NCBI GenBank assembly: GCA_032128875.1
Contig: JAVLKG010000017.1
Location: forward strand, 14,890 to 78,889
Direction of reading: 5' to 3'
Origin: Candidatus Melainabacteria bacterium 17Bon1m
Lineage (GTDB): Bacteria; Cyanobacteriota; Vampirovibrionia; Obscuribacterales; Obscuribacteraceae
DNA length: 64,000 nucleotides
A program made the position numbers and the translations under genes. A model generated the notes under the pieces. It ran no database searches and was not told the origin of the DNA. It worked only from the letters and a program-made list of their open reading frames with translations. Below, one piece after another: positions 1 through 10,301 of the stretch. Every line of letters begins with the position of its first letter. The first letter of the stretch is position 1.

Positions 1-275
1 GTGGCGACAATTCCTCGATCGGACAGTCTTTGCAATTGATTTGATATTGCTTGAGGTGTCATCTCCACTGCTGCTGCAAGGTCACAAACGCACATTTCTT
101 CAACCCTTGCAAGATTATGCAAAAGCCTTAGTCGCGTCTCGTTAGCCAGAATCTTGAAACGATTTTCCATTGCTGCTGCCTGATCTGAGGTTATCGGCTC
201 CTGCTCAACCAATGTGACGTGCACAGAGCAGCACGTCCGAACATTTTTGACCTTGAGCTTCGATTTAATAGGCAT
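1..275 (-). CDS. ArsR/SmtB-family metal-sensing repressor (runs off the window at its 3' end; not in the ORF track)
   Basis: Manual translation from the ATG at 275: MPIKSKLKVKNVRTCCSVHVTLVEQEPITSDQAAAMENRFKILANETRLRLLHNLARVEEMCVCDLAAAVEMTPQAISNQLQRLSDRGIVA. It has the FKxLxxxTRLRLL, CVCDLA and SxQLxxL ArsR hallmarks plus an N-terminal CC. Confidence 0.9.
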   Translation of the reverse strand, partial: MPIKSKLKVKNVRTCCSVHVTLVEQEPITSDQAAAMENRFKILANETRLRLLHNLARVEEMCVCDLAAAVEMTPQAISNQLQRLSDRGIVA

Positions 276-640
276 ACTTAAAGCCTACACTATTACACCG
301 ACTGCTGGAATAGTCTGCCTTTGCGATTGTCTGAATGTTTTAAACACGAATGTCAAAATGTTACGCCAGATTGATTGTTTGGCAGATAGACAGCCACTCC
401 AAGACCCTCTTGCTCGGCAAGTCTACCAGCAAATTGAAAAACTTCTTTGCTTTCAGCAGTCTCCAAAAAAATGTGTTCGCCTATGGAAACGCACCACCTG
501 CCTTGAACGTAGTCTACACACACAAATTCATTTGGCGAATTTCTTTGAGCTGAATTTCTCATTTTTGATTGACTCTTCAAGAATGTGCATCTAGGCACTT
601 TCAAAAACTCTTGCTACAACTGTGTTAGAGGGAGTCTGAT

Positions 641-1033
641 TTGAAATTTTTCTTGGCCAGCGACGTAGAAGGATTGCGCAGGCTATATTCCGTTCTTGCG
701 GATTTTGACTTTCGTTCTTCATCCACCCTTGATGATGCTTTGCGGCTATTAGACTCACCGATGAGCTTTGATTTGATCATTATAGGTGTTCATTTTGATG
801 ATTCGCGTGCTGTCGATTTGCTTAGAGAAATCAGGTCCAGGCCTCGATATGAATTGACACCGGTGCTTTTTATTCGTACTCAACCATCCAGCATCTCACT
901 AATTCTTGAACAAAGTATTTTGTCTTTGAAAGATGCTTATAGAGTCAATGGCTTTATTGAAACTGATTTGCTTGATGAGGATGATTGCAGGATAAGGGAG
1001 GAAATAATAAGAATGGCCGCCCTCGATAGCTGA
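641..1033 (+). CDS. Stand-alone receiver-like (pseudo-receiver) domain protein
   Basis: CheY-like pattern (ALRLL..FDLIII..DLLREIR...TPVLFI). The phosphoacceptor Asp position appears to be Gly. Confidence 0.7.
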   Translation: MKFFLASDVEGLRRLYSVLADFDFRSSSTLDDALRLLDSPMSFDLIIIGVHFDDSRAVDLLREIRSRPRYELTPVLFIRTQPSSISLILEQSILSLKDAYRVNGFIETDLLDEDDCRIREEIIRMAALDS

Positions 1034-1284
1034 ATAGATTTGTCTCTTTCCGGTGCACTGGGTTTTACATTTGTGTAACTTGTTTTTGGTTGTATACGGA
1101 AAATTCACAAATTATTTCCAAAACTGTCCGCTCATCAATTCTATGCTTTTGACTTGAGATGCCTTAATTGCAAGAGGAAAGAGAAACCTTGCCACCATTT
1201 GATGGAAATTTCATATCGCCCTTGCCCTTTAGGATAAATCCAGAGGCAGCTAATTTAGCCAGCGATGCCTGGCGGCATCCATTT

Positions 1285-2445
1285 ATGTCTGAAAGAATAC
1301 GATCGGCTGAACCCAACCAATTAACTTTTCCGGATATTTTCAATACAGGAAAAGCCACTTCTGATGCGCTTGCACCTGAAATGGAAAGCGTATTAAAGAA
1401 TACAGCAAGTGTAGAATTTTCCACATCCGAGATGAACAAGCTCGCAGGAAAAGAGCCGGACTATATTGTCGGTGCTGGAGGAAGGCTTACTAAAAATCCA
1501 AACAGCAGAGCCAAGCCTGGCGATCCAATAAACATAGAAATACAGAACGCCCAGCTGGTCGATGAAGTGCAAAAGGCGGTCATCCAAAATGTTCTGGACT
1601 CTTTTCGCTCATCGCATCCAGCCATGCAGCAATTTCCAAGTTCTTTCAATGACGTAATGCGCTGGCTGAAAGAATGCTCGCAAGCGATGGCTGAAGGCAG
1701 ACCTCTGCCCAGTTTCCCTTTAATTTCCGATGGAACCGATAATGCCCCGGTGACTCAGTCTGCCTACTCTGATTCCGCTAGAGCGCCAAGTTCTGCAGGA
1801 GGTGGCAGTTCTGCCGCGCTTTCCGGTGGCGGGGATTCTTATTCAGGTGCGAGAGGTGGAGGTTCAGGCAATTATGATGCGGGCTCCGCTGGAAGTGGAG
1901 GAGGTTCAGGCAGTTATAGCTCAGGCTCCGTTGGAGATGGTGGAGGTACTGCTCCGACTGCTGTCGATGGACTGTCGCCTGCAATCAGTGCCGATGGAAG
2001 AGTTTTTCCGGTGGATGGGTTTTCAGACAAGAGCATCGGCCTACATCACGGCAGTTCAGATGGAGCAGCCGACATATTTGCTCCCGAAGGCACGCCGATT
2101 CGCTCTCTATTCGACGGCGAAGTGGTGAGTGTAGATTCGGGCGGTCTTGGCGGCAATACCATAACAATCAAACAGGCAGATGGAAAAACTGCTTACTATG
2201 CGCATATGCAGACAATGGCTGGCAAGGAGGATGGCACCCCGCTCAAAGCAGGTGACCGGATCAATGCTGGCGATGTCGTCGGGCGAGTTGGTCAAACAGG
2301 TAATGCTGCCGGTACAGGTTCGCATCTTCATATCGGTGTCGGAGACAGCATCATTTCGGGCTCGGGACCTGACGGCGGAGCCGGTTCGAACTATAACTTG
2401 ACCGGGACATTGAATTCTATTTTGCAGAGCGGTCAAGTCGTTTAG
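1285..2445 (+). CDS. M23-family metallopeptidase with long N-terminal region and Gly/Ser linker
   Basis: C-terminal HHG...ADIFAPEGTPI, GGNTITI..YYAHM and GSHLHIG M23 motifs. Start taken at MSERI; the ORF is open from 1168. Confidence 0.85.
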   Translation: MSERIRSAEPNQLTFPDIFNTGKATSDALAPEMESVLKNTASVEFSTSEMNKLAGKEPDYIVGAGGRLTKNPNSRAKPGDPINIEIQNAQLVDEVQKAVIQNVLDSFRSSHPAMQQFPSSFNDVMRWLKECSQAMAEGRPLPSFPLISDGTDNAPVTQSAYSDSARAPSSAGGGSSAALSGGGDSYSGARGGGSGNYDAGSAGSGGGSGSYSSGSVGDGGGTAPTAVDGLSPAISADGRVFPVDGFSDKSIGLHHGSSDGAADIFAPEGTPIRSLFDGEVVSVDSGGLGGNTITIKQADGKTAYYAHMQTMAGKEDGTPLKAGDRINAGDVVGRVGQTGNAAGTGSHLHIGVGDSIISGSGPDGGAGSNYNLTGTLNSILQSGQVV

Positions 2446-2549
2446 TTTTGAAATTCAATCCAAATTTCAAACTCCAGAAACAAATTTTCTGCCTCACATG
2501 AACTATCATTTTTGAGGCGTCCCAATAAAGTTTCCATGGAGTTCAAATA

Positions 2550-3833
2550 ATGAATCTCTCTCGTTTTTGCGGGCCCAGTTGCACTAAAGATGTTGGGTTT
2601 GCCAAAATATTTGTAAGCAGTCTTTTTCTCCTGAGTTTGCTAAGCAATGCCCAGCCCAGTTTTGCGGCACAGAGTTTATTCAAATTGAATAATAGATCTG
2701 TCAATTCTCCTAAAACGCTTGAGTTTAGGAAACGTTTGGAACTTCCTGCTGGAAGCCCCGTGCTAAAAGGGCAAGCAAAAATTTATTCGAATAGTGAACT
2801 GAAAGAACTAGATTCTTATGCAAAACAGTTCACCAGGCGTTTAGACATTCGAGACGAAAAGACAGAAAAGCACTGGAGTAATGTTCCATTTCGTCATAAG
2901 CTGTGGCTATACACGATAGATAAGGAGAAGTTTCTCGGCAACTGCTCCGTTGCCAAATTGGGTCACGATGTCGACACAGAGGCAAATCCGAAACTTATAC
3001 CGAATTTCACCTATTATTTGGTTTTGATGCACTTCAATATTCCGGCAGTGAAGGCAACAACAATTCCGTTAAAGTATGGTTTTGCCCGATTTGAAGCGAA
3101 GATAGCTTGCCAGAAAATTAACAGTGGAAAAACTAAGACTGAAGCAGAACTCGAGGAAATCGCTAGAAAAGCTAAAGCCTATCCAGCCGTTACATCCTTG
3201 GAAATTGCGGAAAGTGCCGAAATTCTTTCTGTCTATCCCGAAAATGCAATTCTTCCAATCGACAGGAAAGACACAACTACTGTCACTTTGACTGCGCAAC
3301 CTGAATGGATGGGAGCATCCGGTGGCAAAGGTGAATATTCAAGAGCAATTGAGGACTCCTACGCATACAAGTTGCCACATGTTGTTGGCGTGGGTACCAG
3401 ATTTGGAGACGTTTCCTGGACCTTCTACCCGGCAAAAGCACAGCCAATAATGCTTGGCTCTCAGTCAACATTTGCTGTAGTCAAAGTTCCGTATAACACA
3501 CCGAGCTTGCGTATTCTCGCTAATCTCAGGTATCAGCTGCAGGCTCTGAAAGTGATAACGTTTCCACCTTTTAGAGTTTGTGACTGGTGTGACCTTGATC
3601 TAGAGAAGGCATCTTCTTTTGATGACATGGCAGTAATTCAATATTTTGGACTGCCATCCGATGCAAGAGAAGCTCTGCAGACTGCTTTTGGAAAGGGCGC
3701 AGTCGAGCATAATTTGAAATATTACGGAAGCCAGAATTCAGATAGAGACATATTGGTCGATGAAAAGACCGGTGAGACTTATGGATTCACCGATTCGTGC
3801 AAATTCAAGAAATACAAAATCAAGGAAGAATAA
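2550..3833 (+). CDS. Hypothetical exported protein
   Basis: 427-aa ORF with a signal-peptide-like hydrophobic stretch ending in AQPSFA. Confidence 0.7.
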   Translation: MNLSRFCGPSCTKDVGFAKIFVSSLFLLSLLSNAQPSFAAQSLFKLNNRSVNSPKTLEFRKRLELPAGSPVLKGQAKIYSNSELKELDSYAKQFTRRLDIRDEKTEKHWSNVPFRHKLWLYTIDKEKFLGNCSVAKLGHDVDTEANPKLIPNFTYYLVLMHFNIPAVKATTIPLKYGFARFEAKIACQKINSGKTKTEAELEEIARKAKAYPAVTSLEIAESAEILSVYPENAILPIDRKDTTTVTLTAQPEWMGASGGKGEYSRAIEDSYAYKLPHVVGVGTRFGDVSWTFYPAKAQPIMLGSQSTFAVVKVPYNTPSLRILANLRYQLQALKVITFPPFRVCDWCDLDLEKASSFDDMAVIQYFGLPSDAREALQTAFGKGAVEHNLKYYGSQNSDRDILVDEKTGETYGFTDSCKFKKYKIKEE

Positions 3834-3848
3834 GACTCAGTTTCGATT

Positions 3849-4145
3849 CTAAGACATCGAATTATCAATTTCCGCATTTTGAAACATCTCTCGAAGTTCC
3901 ATCGTCACAATAGGAGCCAACTTCTTGTCGTCAAGCTGCTCGATGGCAATTTGGATAAGTTCGTGCCATGCAAACAGTCCGAATGCTAGTACTGCGTTCT
4001 CAGCAGCTTCTTGAATAAGTATCTTAGCTTGTGCTTCGGAAATTTGCGGATTGCTGGCAGCACAGAGAAGCGCGGCTACAGCTATTCTTGCATCTGCAGT
4101 CTTTTGCATTTTGCGGCTGTCCTTAAGCGCCTTTTCTGGTGTCAA
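3849..4145 (-). CDS. Small hypothetical helical protein overlapping the end of the AbiEi-like gene
   Basis: 98-aa ORF co-oriented with and overlapping 4123-4749. Confidence 0.5.
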   Translation of the reverse strand: MTPEKALKDSRKMQKTADARIAVAALLCAASNPQISEAQAKILIQEAAENAVLAFGLFAWHELIQIAIEQLDDKKLAPIVTMELREMFQNAEIDNSMS

Positions 4146-4749
4146 CTATTTCTGCCAGCGTCTGAACAATTTGTGGTTTTTGATGCAATTGAGAAGCAAG
4201 ATGTTCAATTTCTTCGACTGTAATTGTTCCTTTCTCTAAGGACGTGTTCAAAATCGCAAGTAGCGAAGGCTCCGTAAGGCTATTACGCATCAAAAGGTCC
4301 CTGACCGCTCCGAAGACGGTCATTACTTTCAGACCCTCCACAGAGGCAATCAGCTCAGGCAAAAGGTCTCTTCGATGAAAGCGAATTCTTCCTGGAGGTG
4401 GACTGTTTCGTCTGAAACGCTTGGGAACGATAAAGTGAATGTCTTCCGGAGGCGTATCAGTTAAACCGTGGATGTAGAGGGCTGTTGTGTAACCCATCAC
4501 CCCTTCGAAGTTTCCTTGCTGGTTTTCGCTCCAAAGCAGAGTTATGTAGTAATCATCTGGAAAAGGTGATGTTTCGGAGAAGCAGAGCAATTTGAAAATG
4601 CTCCTGGCGTGTCGAATCCACTCGCCTTTCTTTACGTAGTAAACCTGTAATTGGCGCGAGTAACCGCATTTCGTCGCTTGATGGGCTGTGAAAAAACCTT
4701 GTTGGTTACTGGCAATTTCGTACAGCTTATCTAGGTTGGGCTTGTTCAT
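4123..4749 (-). CDS. AbiEi-family (type IV TA antitoxin-like) wHTH transcriptional regulator
   Basis: LYEIASNQQGFFTAHQA..GYSRQL..YVKKGEWIR..RSIF and TALYIHGLTD.PP..IHFIVP. Confidence 0.85.
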   Translation of the reverse strand: MNKPNLDKLYEIASNQQGFFTAHQATKCGYSRQLQVYYVKKGEWIRHARSIFKLLCFSETSPFPDDYYITLLWSENQQGNFEGVMGYTTALYIHGLTDTPPEDIHFIVPKRFRRNSPPPGRIRFHRRDLLPELIASVEGLKVMTVFGAVRDLLMRNSLTEPSLLAILNTSLEKGTITVEEIEHLASQLHQKPQIVQTLAEIVDTRKGA

Positions 4750-4929
4750 GATTCCAAAGAAAAAATTTCTGACTAGGGGGTTTTAGTCAGTCGTCCAATT
4801 CTGTGACTTTTCAAAGGCAGCTTTTTAGCGCGCTTTTGCTTGGTTTTCTCGGAAACTTTTTTGAGCTATGTTGCCACTAATTGACGACTTCAAATGAAAG
4901 CAAGGCGACGTAACACGCCGCTCGTCTTT

Positions 4930-5304
4930 CTAAACTTGAAGTCGCTGACACAAAGAATAAGTTGTAATCGTCTCCACAAATGGTGGTGCGCGCGTGCCCC
5001 TCGACATTCTGTAGAGTTCTTTTAGTGATAAGTCTTGCTCTTCGACAAATAACAACGCCTGGCAGACTTGGCGAAGCGATTCCCAATCCAAGGCTAGAGA
5101 CACTGCTCCAGATGAATACGCTTTGTTGCTGCAACATGTTTTTGAATGACCGCAATCAGAGCAGCTATCCTCATTTGTCGCAGAGATGGTACTTTTGCTT
5201 CCTGTCACATGATGTTGAACATCAACACAAAAGCCTCGACAAATTCCGAGGCTCGAAGAGAGAATAAGGAAGAGAAGGGCAATGAAAAGCGCTTTCATTT
5301 TCAT
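4930..5304 (-). CDS. Cys-rich exported leader-type protein with RAPP motif (DUF2946/CzcI-like)
   Basis: Signal-like N-terminus, CSDCGHSKTCC, and TRAPP followed by a short tail. Paralog of 23789-24142. Confidence 0.7.
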   Translation of the reverse strand: MKMKALFIALLFLILSSSLGICRGFCVDVQHHVTGSKSTISATNEDSCSDCGHSKTCCSNKAYSSGAVSLALDWESLRQVCQALLFVEEQDLSLKELYRMSRGTRAPPFVETITTYSLCQRLQV

Positions 5305-6065
5305 TTCGATGCGCAGTACTACTAAGTTTTAGTCTTGCAGCTAAATTGGCTGGCGGCAAGACATAAGTGGAAGACTTTCACCTGTTCATTGCGGGAGGAG
5401 TTTTGAAACTCTGACAGGTTCAGCGTTTTGACGTGCTATTTGTCATTCGTGCACTATCTGTGATATCGCTAAGCTTTAGTGAAAATGATTGTCTTTTTCG
5501 CCATGTTTTACATTCATGCATGGAAACTGGCTCCGGATGCACGTTTTGCGGAAAAGCTCTTGACAAGTTCTGATGGCAAACCTATCATCAATTCCATCGA
5601 CAGGCCCAGACTTTCGATAGCAAATAATCCAGGGTAAAAAATTTGTTTCGTCTTCTTGGAGGAGGGCACCACTAGTAATACCGCTAACGACATCGCACTT
5701 CCATTCGTTTGCTTCTCAGAGGAAGTTAAAGCAAACAAAGTAGCTAAACTGCATTCATACCCCAGGTGCTGGAGACGCTCGGTCAAGCGTCTCCAGCACT
5801 CTTTTGTAAGGTCTTCTTGTTTTTGCATGAATGTCAAAATTGGTATGTGGATTCTGCTTTTGTTTTTGTACATTTGTGCGGATTTCTGTATCAAATGGTT
5901 GTGGCAGGCATGTTTCGCTTAGGTTGAATCAAAATGTTTTCTGCACAGATGTAAAACGGCTGTCTTTGGGCTGATTGTTGTTCGTGTTTGAAAAGGTGCA
6001 TGGTTAGTCGGTTTTAGGTGGATTGTTTAAATGGAGATTGTACATTTGTGTCTCGCTGTAACTCG

Positions 6066-6136
6066 TTGACAATCGCTGAAACGTTGATATCATGCAGATC
6101 TCGGAAGGATTAGTGCAAAAATGATATTCGTTTTCA
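6066..6136 (+). promoter_or_regulatory. Sigma70-type promoter with downstream Fur/Zur-like box
   Basis: TTGACA (6066-6071), 16-nt spacer, TGn-TATCAT (6088-6093). TGATATTCGTTTTCA at 6122-6136 lies just before the ATG at 6140. Confidence 0.7.
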
Positions 6137-6139
6137 AAA

Positions 6140-6583
6140 ATGCTAATTGATTCACAAGAAGGTGCAGGCGAAGGCGCGTTTCAAGCTCTAGACAATGTTG
6201 TCAGAGTTACGGAACAATTCGGCGTCCCTGATCTATATTCTCAGTTTCAACAGCTTCCACCTATGGCCGATTCATCCATTGGCATAGTGCCTCAGGCAAC
6301 TATCACTCCGGATGGTATTACATTCAATGCCAGTGCCGGTGCTAATCCTATGATGGGAGCCGAAAATGCCCTTTCGCAGTTGATGCCCGGATTGGACGGC
6401 ATTATTAACTCAATGATTGCTCTTCCCGGCGGCGCCGGCATTCTGGCGTCCTTCTTCCAAGCATTAGGTGCATTGTTTGCCGGTGTTATACAAACATTAG
6501 GTACAAGCGCGCAAGAATTATCGAGAATGTACGCGCAGGCTGCGCAATCGGCTATGGACATGTCAAAAATGGCTCGTTCCTAG
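6140..6583 (+). CDS. Hypothetical protein (Ala/Gly/Met-rich, hydrophobic C-terminal helix)
   Basis: 147-aa ORF directly after the promoter. Confidence 0.65.
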   Translation: MLIDSQEGAGEGAFQALDNVVRVTEQFGVPDLYSQFQQLPPMADSSIGIVPQATITPDGITFNASAGANPMMGAENALSQLMPGLDGIINSMIALPGGAGILASFFQALGALFAGVIQTLGTSAQELSRMYAQAAQSAMDMSKMARS

Positions 6584-6660
6584 ACCATATGTTTAACGCA
6601 GAAGTTATTTCATATGCCGTCATCGGTCTCAGTCATCTCTATTTGATTGAAAGGGTATTT

Positions 6661-7263
6661 ATGCACCAACCTAGCAGCAAGCGATCGTTAAGCGTTCAAC
6701 AAGCCACCTCAAGGCTCTTATTCGAGCTTTATAAATACGGTCCTTTGCGATTAGTCAAAGAGGCGGGGCATACAGATTTGATAGGAAGGCAGAGTAAGCT
6801 TTGCTGCCTTTCAGATCCATACATGGAAGCAATTAGCGGCATGCAGCGCAATGAATTGATTAGAGAGTCGAGAAACAGCGCTGATGATCCGCTTTTCAGT
6901 CTCACAGACAGAGGCTATTTAGTTGCGTTCTTGGTCAGGTCTCGCTCAACAACTAATTATGATTGTGAATGCAACGATTGCGAAGATGGCATAGACAAAG
7001 TACTTTCGGAGATGCGAAATGCCGGCGGACTGAAGTTGGTCACGACTGACGATTGTGAGTTTCCTCATCTGGACGGTGGCAACGCGCATATGTGCCTTGA
7101 GGACGACTCATTTCTCGATGCCATACTGAGGCTTGAACGTCTAGGTCTGGTGAAACTTCAAGAAGACATGTCTTTCACACTCACCAAAAAAGGTTTGTTC
7201 TCTGCTCATTTCACGTTGTCTACATCTTCGAAGGCACGAGCTATAAAGGCTTCTCTTAATTGA
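6661..7263 (+). CDS. Cys/His-rich tandem winged-helix-like protein (paralog 1)
   Basis: Two internal repeats ending FSLTDRG and FTLTKKG; LCC, CECNDC and CEFPHL..HMCLED. Clear paralog at 14220. RBS-like GAAAGGG precedes 6661. Confidence 0.75.
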   Translation: MHQPSSKRSLSVQQATSRLLFELYKYGPLRLVKEAGHTDLIGRQSKLCCLSDPYMEAISGMQRNELIRESRNSADDPLFSLTDRGYLVAFLVRSRSTTNYDCECNDCEDGIDKVLSEMRNAGGLKLVTTDDCEFPHLDGGNAHMCLEDDSFLDAILRLERLGLVKLQEDMSFTLTKKGLFSAHFTLSTSSKARAIKASLN

Positions 7264-7305
7264 GGTGAACGGCGCTACTCTCTGGAATCCACGGACACTT
7301 TTACT

Positions 7306-8790
7306 ATGGATAAGAAAAAAGACCCCGAGAAGATCTCGCAAAAAGCGTTGGGTCTTGCAACATCTGCTTTGACAGCCCGAGTTACTGGCAATCTCAGCAT
7401 AGCAGACGAACTTGCTGTCCAAGCGCTGAACCTAGTTGATTTGGCAGATGGCAAAGACTTTGTAGAAGCACTTGAATCGAGGGTCTTCAACTCAAGCGAC
7501 TGTATGTCTGAGTTGCAAAAACTCCTTGATATTCAAGCAAGATCGCTTGGACCGGATCATCCTCAAGTGCTGGAGACTTTGAATAGGCTTTTGCTTCGCT
7601 GGAGTTCATGGCTCAGTGATTATAATGTTTTGCTGGCGCCTGTATATGAGCGCCTGGTGGCATTGAGGTTGCAACAGCTCGGACCGAATCATCCTGAAAT
7701 TGCTGATTTACTCATGAATTTTTCTGAGTATCTGGCTTCAAGAGGCGCCAATGTAGATGCGCAAAATTGTCTCACCCGAGCAGTGACTATCCGCAAGGCT
7801 AACTTTGAGAAAACACCAAGCTCCACTTTGAGTTATGCACAGGCAGTCACCAGATTAGGTTGTTTGCTCGTCACCATGGGTAGCTACGATTTGGCAGAAG
7901 GCTATCTTAAGTCCGCTTGCGACTTGCTTGATGCCACTCGCTCTAGGCTGAAGTTGCATGCTTTTGAAGATCTAGCAGTCGCCTACACAGAAATGGGCAA
8001 ATATGGCGAAGCTGAGGCTGTTTTAAAAAAAGCTCTTTTGACAAAAGATACGGATTCGCTCACTACGATTGCCAATTGTGCAGTTCAGCTTGGCAGTATC
8101 TTCCTCTATTGGGGTTGGCTCGATGACGCTGTGTCTCTTTTTGATTTCTCGATAAACTTCGATAGAGATTCAACATGGACCTTGCCTGGTATCACCGAGA
8201 AGCAGGTCGTATCTGATGATTTACAAAACGGCTGCAATCCTTTGGAAGAAATTTTTGATTCTCTGCAAGAGTACTACAGCTCGAGCGACATGCGCCGCTT
8301 TTGCAGGAACCTGATGGTACGCAAGTATTCATGGGCGATCCCCTCAAAGAACGTTTTGAAAGCGATTGCAGAGGTTGGACCGCTGGTTGAAATTGGTGCC
8401 GGTACAGGATATTGGGCGGCACTTTTGAGAAATAGAGGTGCCGATATCATCGCATATGATTTTGCCCCATCTGCAACAGGACGCAATGGTTATACGTTGA
8501 AAACTAACAGCTGGACAGAAGTTTTACCAGCCACCGAAACCACCGTTGCATATCATCCGGATCGCACATTGTTTCTATGTTGGCCGCCATTAAATGACGA
8601 GATGGCCTACAGAGCTTTGAGAGCCTACACTGGCGATTCGCTCATATATATCGGCGAGCCGTTTCCCGGATGTACGGCTGATGAAAACTTTCATGATCGT
8701 CTTGAAAAAAATTGGGTGCTTGTAAAAAAAATCGACTTAAAGCGCTGGCATTTGATCAAAGATTCGGCATTTTTCTACACGCGTAAATGA
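7306..8790 (+). CDS. TPR-repeat protein fused to a class I SAM-methyltransferase-like domain
   Basis: LGPDHP/LGPNHP kinesin-light-chain-like TPRs; C-terminal VEIGAGTGYW, LFLCWPP and IYIGE. Confidence 0.8.
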   Translation: MDKKKDPEKISQKALGLATSALTARVTGNLSIADELAVQALNLVDLADGKDFVEALESRVFNSSDCMSELQKLLDIQARSLGPDHPQVLETLNRLLLRWSSWLSDYNVLLAPVYERLVALRLQQLGPNHPEIADLLMNFSEYLASRGANVDAQNCLTRAVTIRKANFEKTPSSTLSYAQAVTRLGCLLVTMGSYDLAEGYLKSACDLLDATRSRLKLHAFEDLAVAYTEMGKYGEAEAVLKKALLTKDTDSLTTIANCAVQLGSIFLYWGWLDDAVSLFDFSINFDRDSTWTLPGITEKQVVSDDLQNGCNPLEEIFDSLQEYYSSSDMRRFCRNLMVRKYSWAIPSKNVLKAIAEVGPLVEIGAGTGYWAALLRNRGADIIAYDFAPSATGRNGYTLKTNSWTEVLPATETTVAYHPDRTLFLCWPPLNDEMAYRALRAYTGDSLIYIGEPFPGCTADENFHDRLEKNWVLVKKIDLKRWHLIKDSAFFYTRK

Positions 8791-9245
8791 ACATGGTTTT
8801 CGCTTTTAGTTCTGCACAAATGTCAAAAGTGATCAGATGTTGCAATGATTTAAAACCCTCTTCAAAACTTGCTTAGCGTATCTCCGCAATGTCTTGAATA
8901 CCGTTTTACAGATGCAATTCATTTCTCTGCTTTTCGCTTCGCTATCTGCGCAATGAGCGATCAGCTATCGCTTTTGCTCGACCTCTATGAAGTGTTGCGA
9001 GATGAGATTTCGACACTTTTGCTTATGAGTACTCAAGTTTTTTTAGACCGTTCTCTCAAAATGCTTCTCTGTTGCACCTTTCCGATTGATTTGCCTTTTA
9101 GAGATCGCATAGTTTTTACATGTCTTTTTCAACCCCTTTTTCAGACTCACCACATCCAAACCAAACCAAACGCGTGCCTGTCACTTCGAGCACTCTGAGC
9201 TTCCTTGCAAGGAAGACGTGTTGGTTTAGAAAGATGGAGAACACC

Positions 9246-10166
9246 ATGTCTCACGAACACAATCACAATCACGGTGACTTCGCGGCGCTTCGCAAGAAGA
9301 ACAAAACAGCGATGAAAACCGTTCTCGCTTTGACCTTCACCTTCATGGCCGTAGAAGTAATTGGCGGTCTTTACACCGGTAGTCTTGCACTGATTGCAGA
9401 TGCCGGGCATATGCTGGGCGACTCAGCCGGCCTGATGCTTGCACTTTTTGCTGTCTGGTTTGCCGCAAAGCCACCCAGCAAGCGCAAAACCTTCGGCTAC
9501 TACCGAACTGAGATCTTAGCGGCGCTTGTCAATGGTCTCGTTCTCATCGGGTTGTCTCTGTACATCCTTTACGAGGCGTATCAACGATTCACCAACCCGC
9601 CTGAAATTCTCACAGGGCCAATGTTGCTTGTTGCGGTGGGCGGACTTATCGTCAATCTCATCGGCGTTAAGCTACTGTCCGACTCGTCGGACGGTTCGCT
9701 CAATGCAAAGGCTGCCTATCTGGAGGTAATGAGCGACCTTTTGGGGTCAGTCGCCGTTATTGCTGCCTCGCTCATCATCATGTTTACCGGCTGGACCATT
9801 GTCGACCCGATTGTGTCTGGCGTCATTGGCTTGATGATTCTGCCGCGCACCTGGAAGCTCATCAAGGACTGCGTTCATATCCTCATGGAAGGCACTCCAA
9901 ATGGGGTCAACCTTGAGAAACTTCAAAGCTCGATAATGGCAGTCGAAGGCGTGCTTGATGTCCACGACTTACACGTCTGGACAATCACTTCTGGACGCGA
10001 TGCTTTGACCGCTCACGTCCTTATTGATGAGGCTGCCGATCCGGATATTCTTCTTGCGAAGATATCCAAAATTGCCCAGGAGGAATTTGGTCTGCATCAC
10101 AGCACGCTGCAAGTGGAGCAGAAAAACTGCAAATCTGACGAAGCCTCCTGTGCTAAAGTAACGTAA
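9246..10166 (+). CDS. czcD: Cation diffusion facilitator (Zn/Co/Cd efflux)
   Basis: His-rich N-terminus, SLALIADAGHML.D, TFGYYR.E and VHDLHVW; GGAGA RBS before 9246. Confidence 0.95.
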   Translation: MSHEHNHNHGDFAALRKKNKTAMKTVLALTFTFMAVEVIGGLYTGSLALIADAGHMLGDSAGLMLALFAVWFAAKPPSKRKTFGYYRTEILAALVNGLVLIGLSLYILYEAYQRFTNPPEILTGPMLLVAVGGLIVNLIGVKLLSDSSDGSLNAKAAYLEVMSDLLGSVAVIAASLIIMFTGWTIVDPIVSGVIGLMILPRTWKLIKDCVHILMEGTPNGVNLEKLQSSIMAVEGVLDVHDLHVWTITSGRDALTAHVLIDEAADPDILLAKISKIAQEEFGLHHSTLQVEQKNCKSDEASCAKVT

Positions 10167-10301
10167 CAATATGAATTTCGGTCGACCAGAAAGCGCACCG
10201 CGACTGCATTGCAGTCAAGCGTTTTCTGGTCGATTTCCTTTGCACATTGTCTACTAAAAAAGGTAGTAATTTTTGATATCAGAGTAAAAAACTTTCCAAA
10301 T

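Noticed and set aside
154-169. Fur-like sequence TGAAACGATTTTCCA
   Set aside because: Lies inside the ArsR coding sequence (MENRFK codons) and fits the 7-1-7 pattern poorly
214-604. ORFs 214-594, 350-553 and 353-604
   Set aside because: They overlap the ArsR start and promoter region and have no recognisable protein features
1790-1960. Repetitive GGN/TCN-rich DNA
   Set aside because: Encodes the Gly/Ser linker of the M23 protein; not a DNA repeat element
5283-5297. Near-palindrome TGAAAAGCGCTTTCA
   Set aside because: Overlaps the first codons of the 4930-5304 ORF and cannot be separated from coding constraint, so it is not counted as an operator
5514-5922. ORFs 5514-5894 and 5656-5922
   Set aside because: They fall in a motif-dense regulatory region and have no convincing RBS or domain
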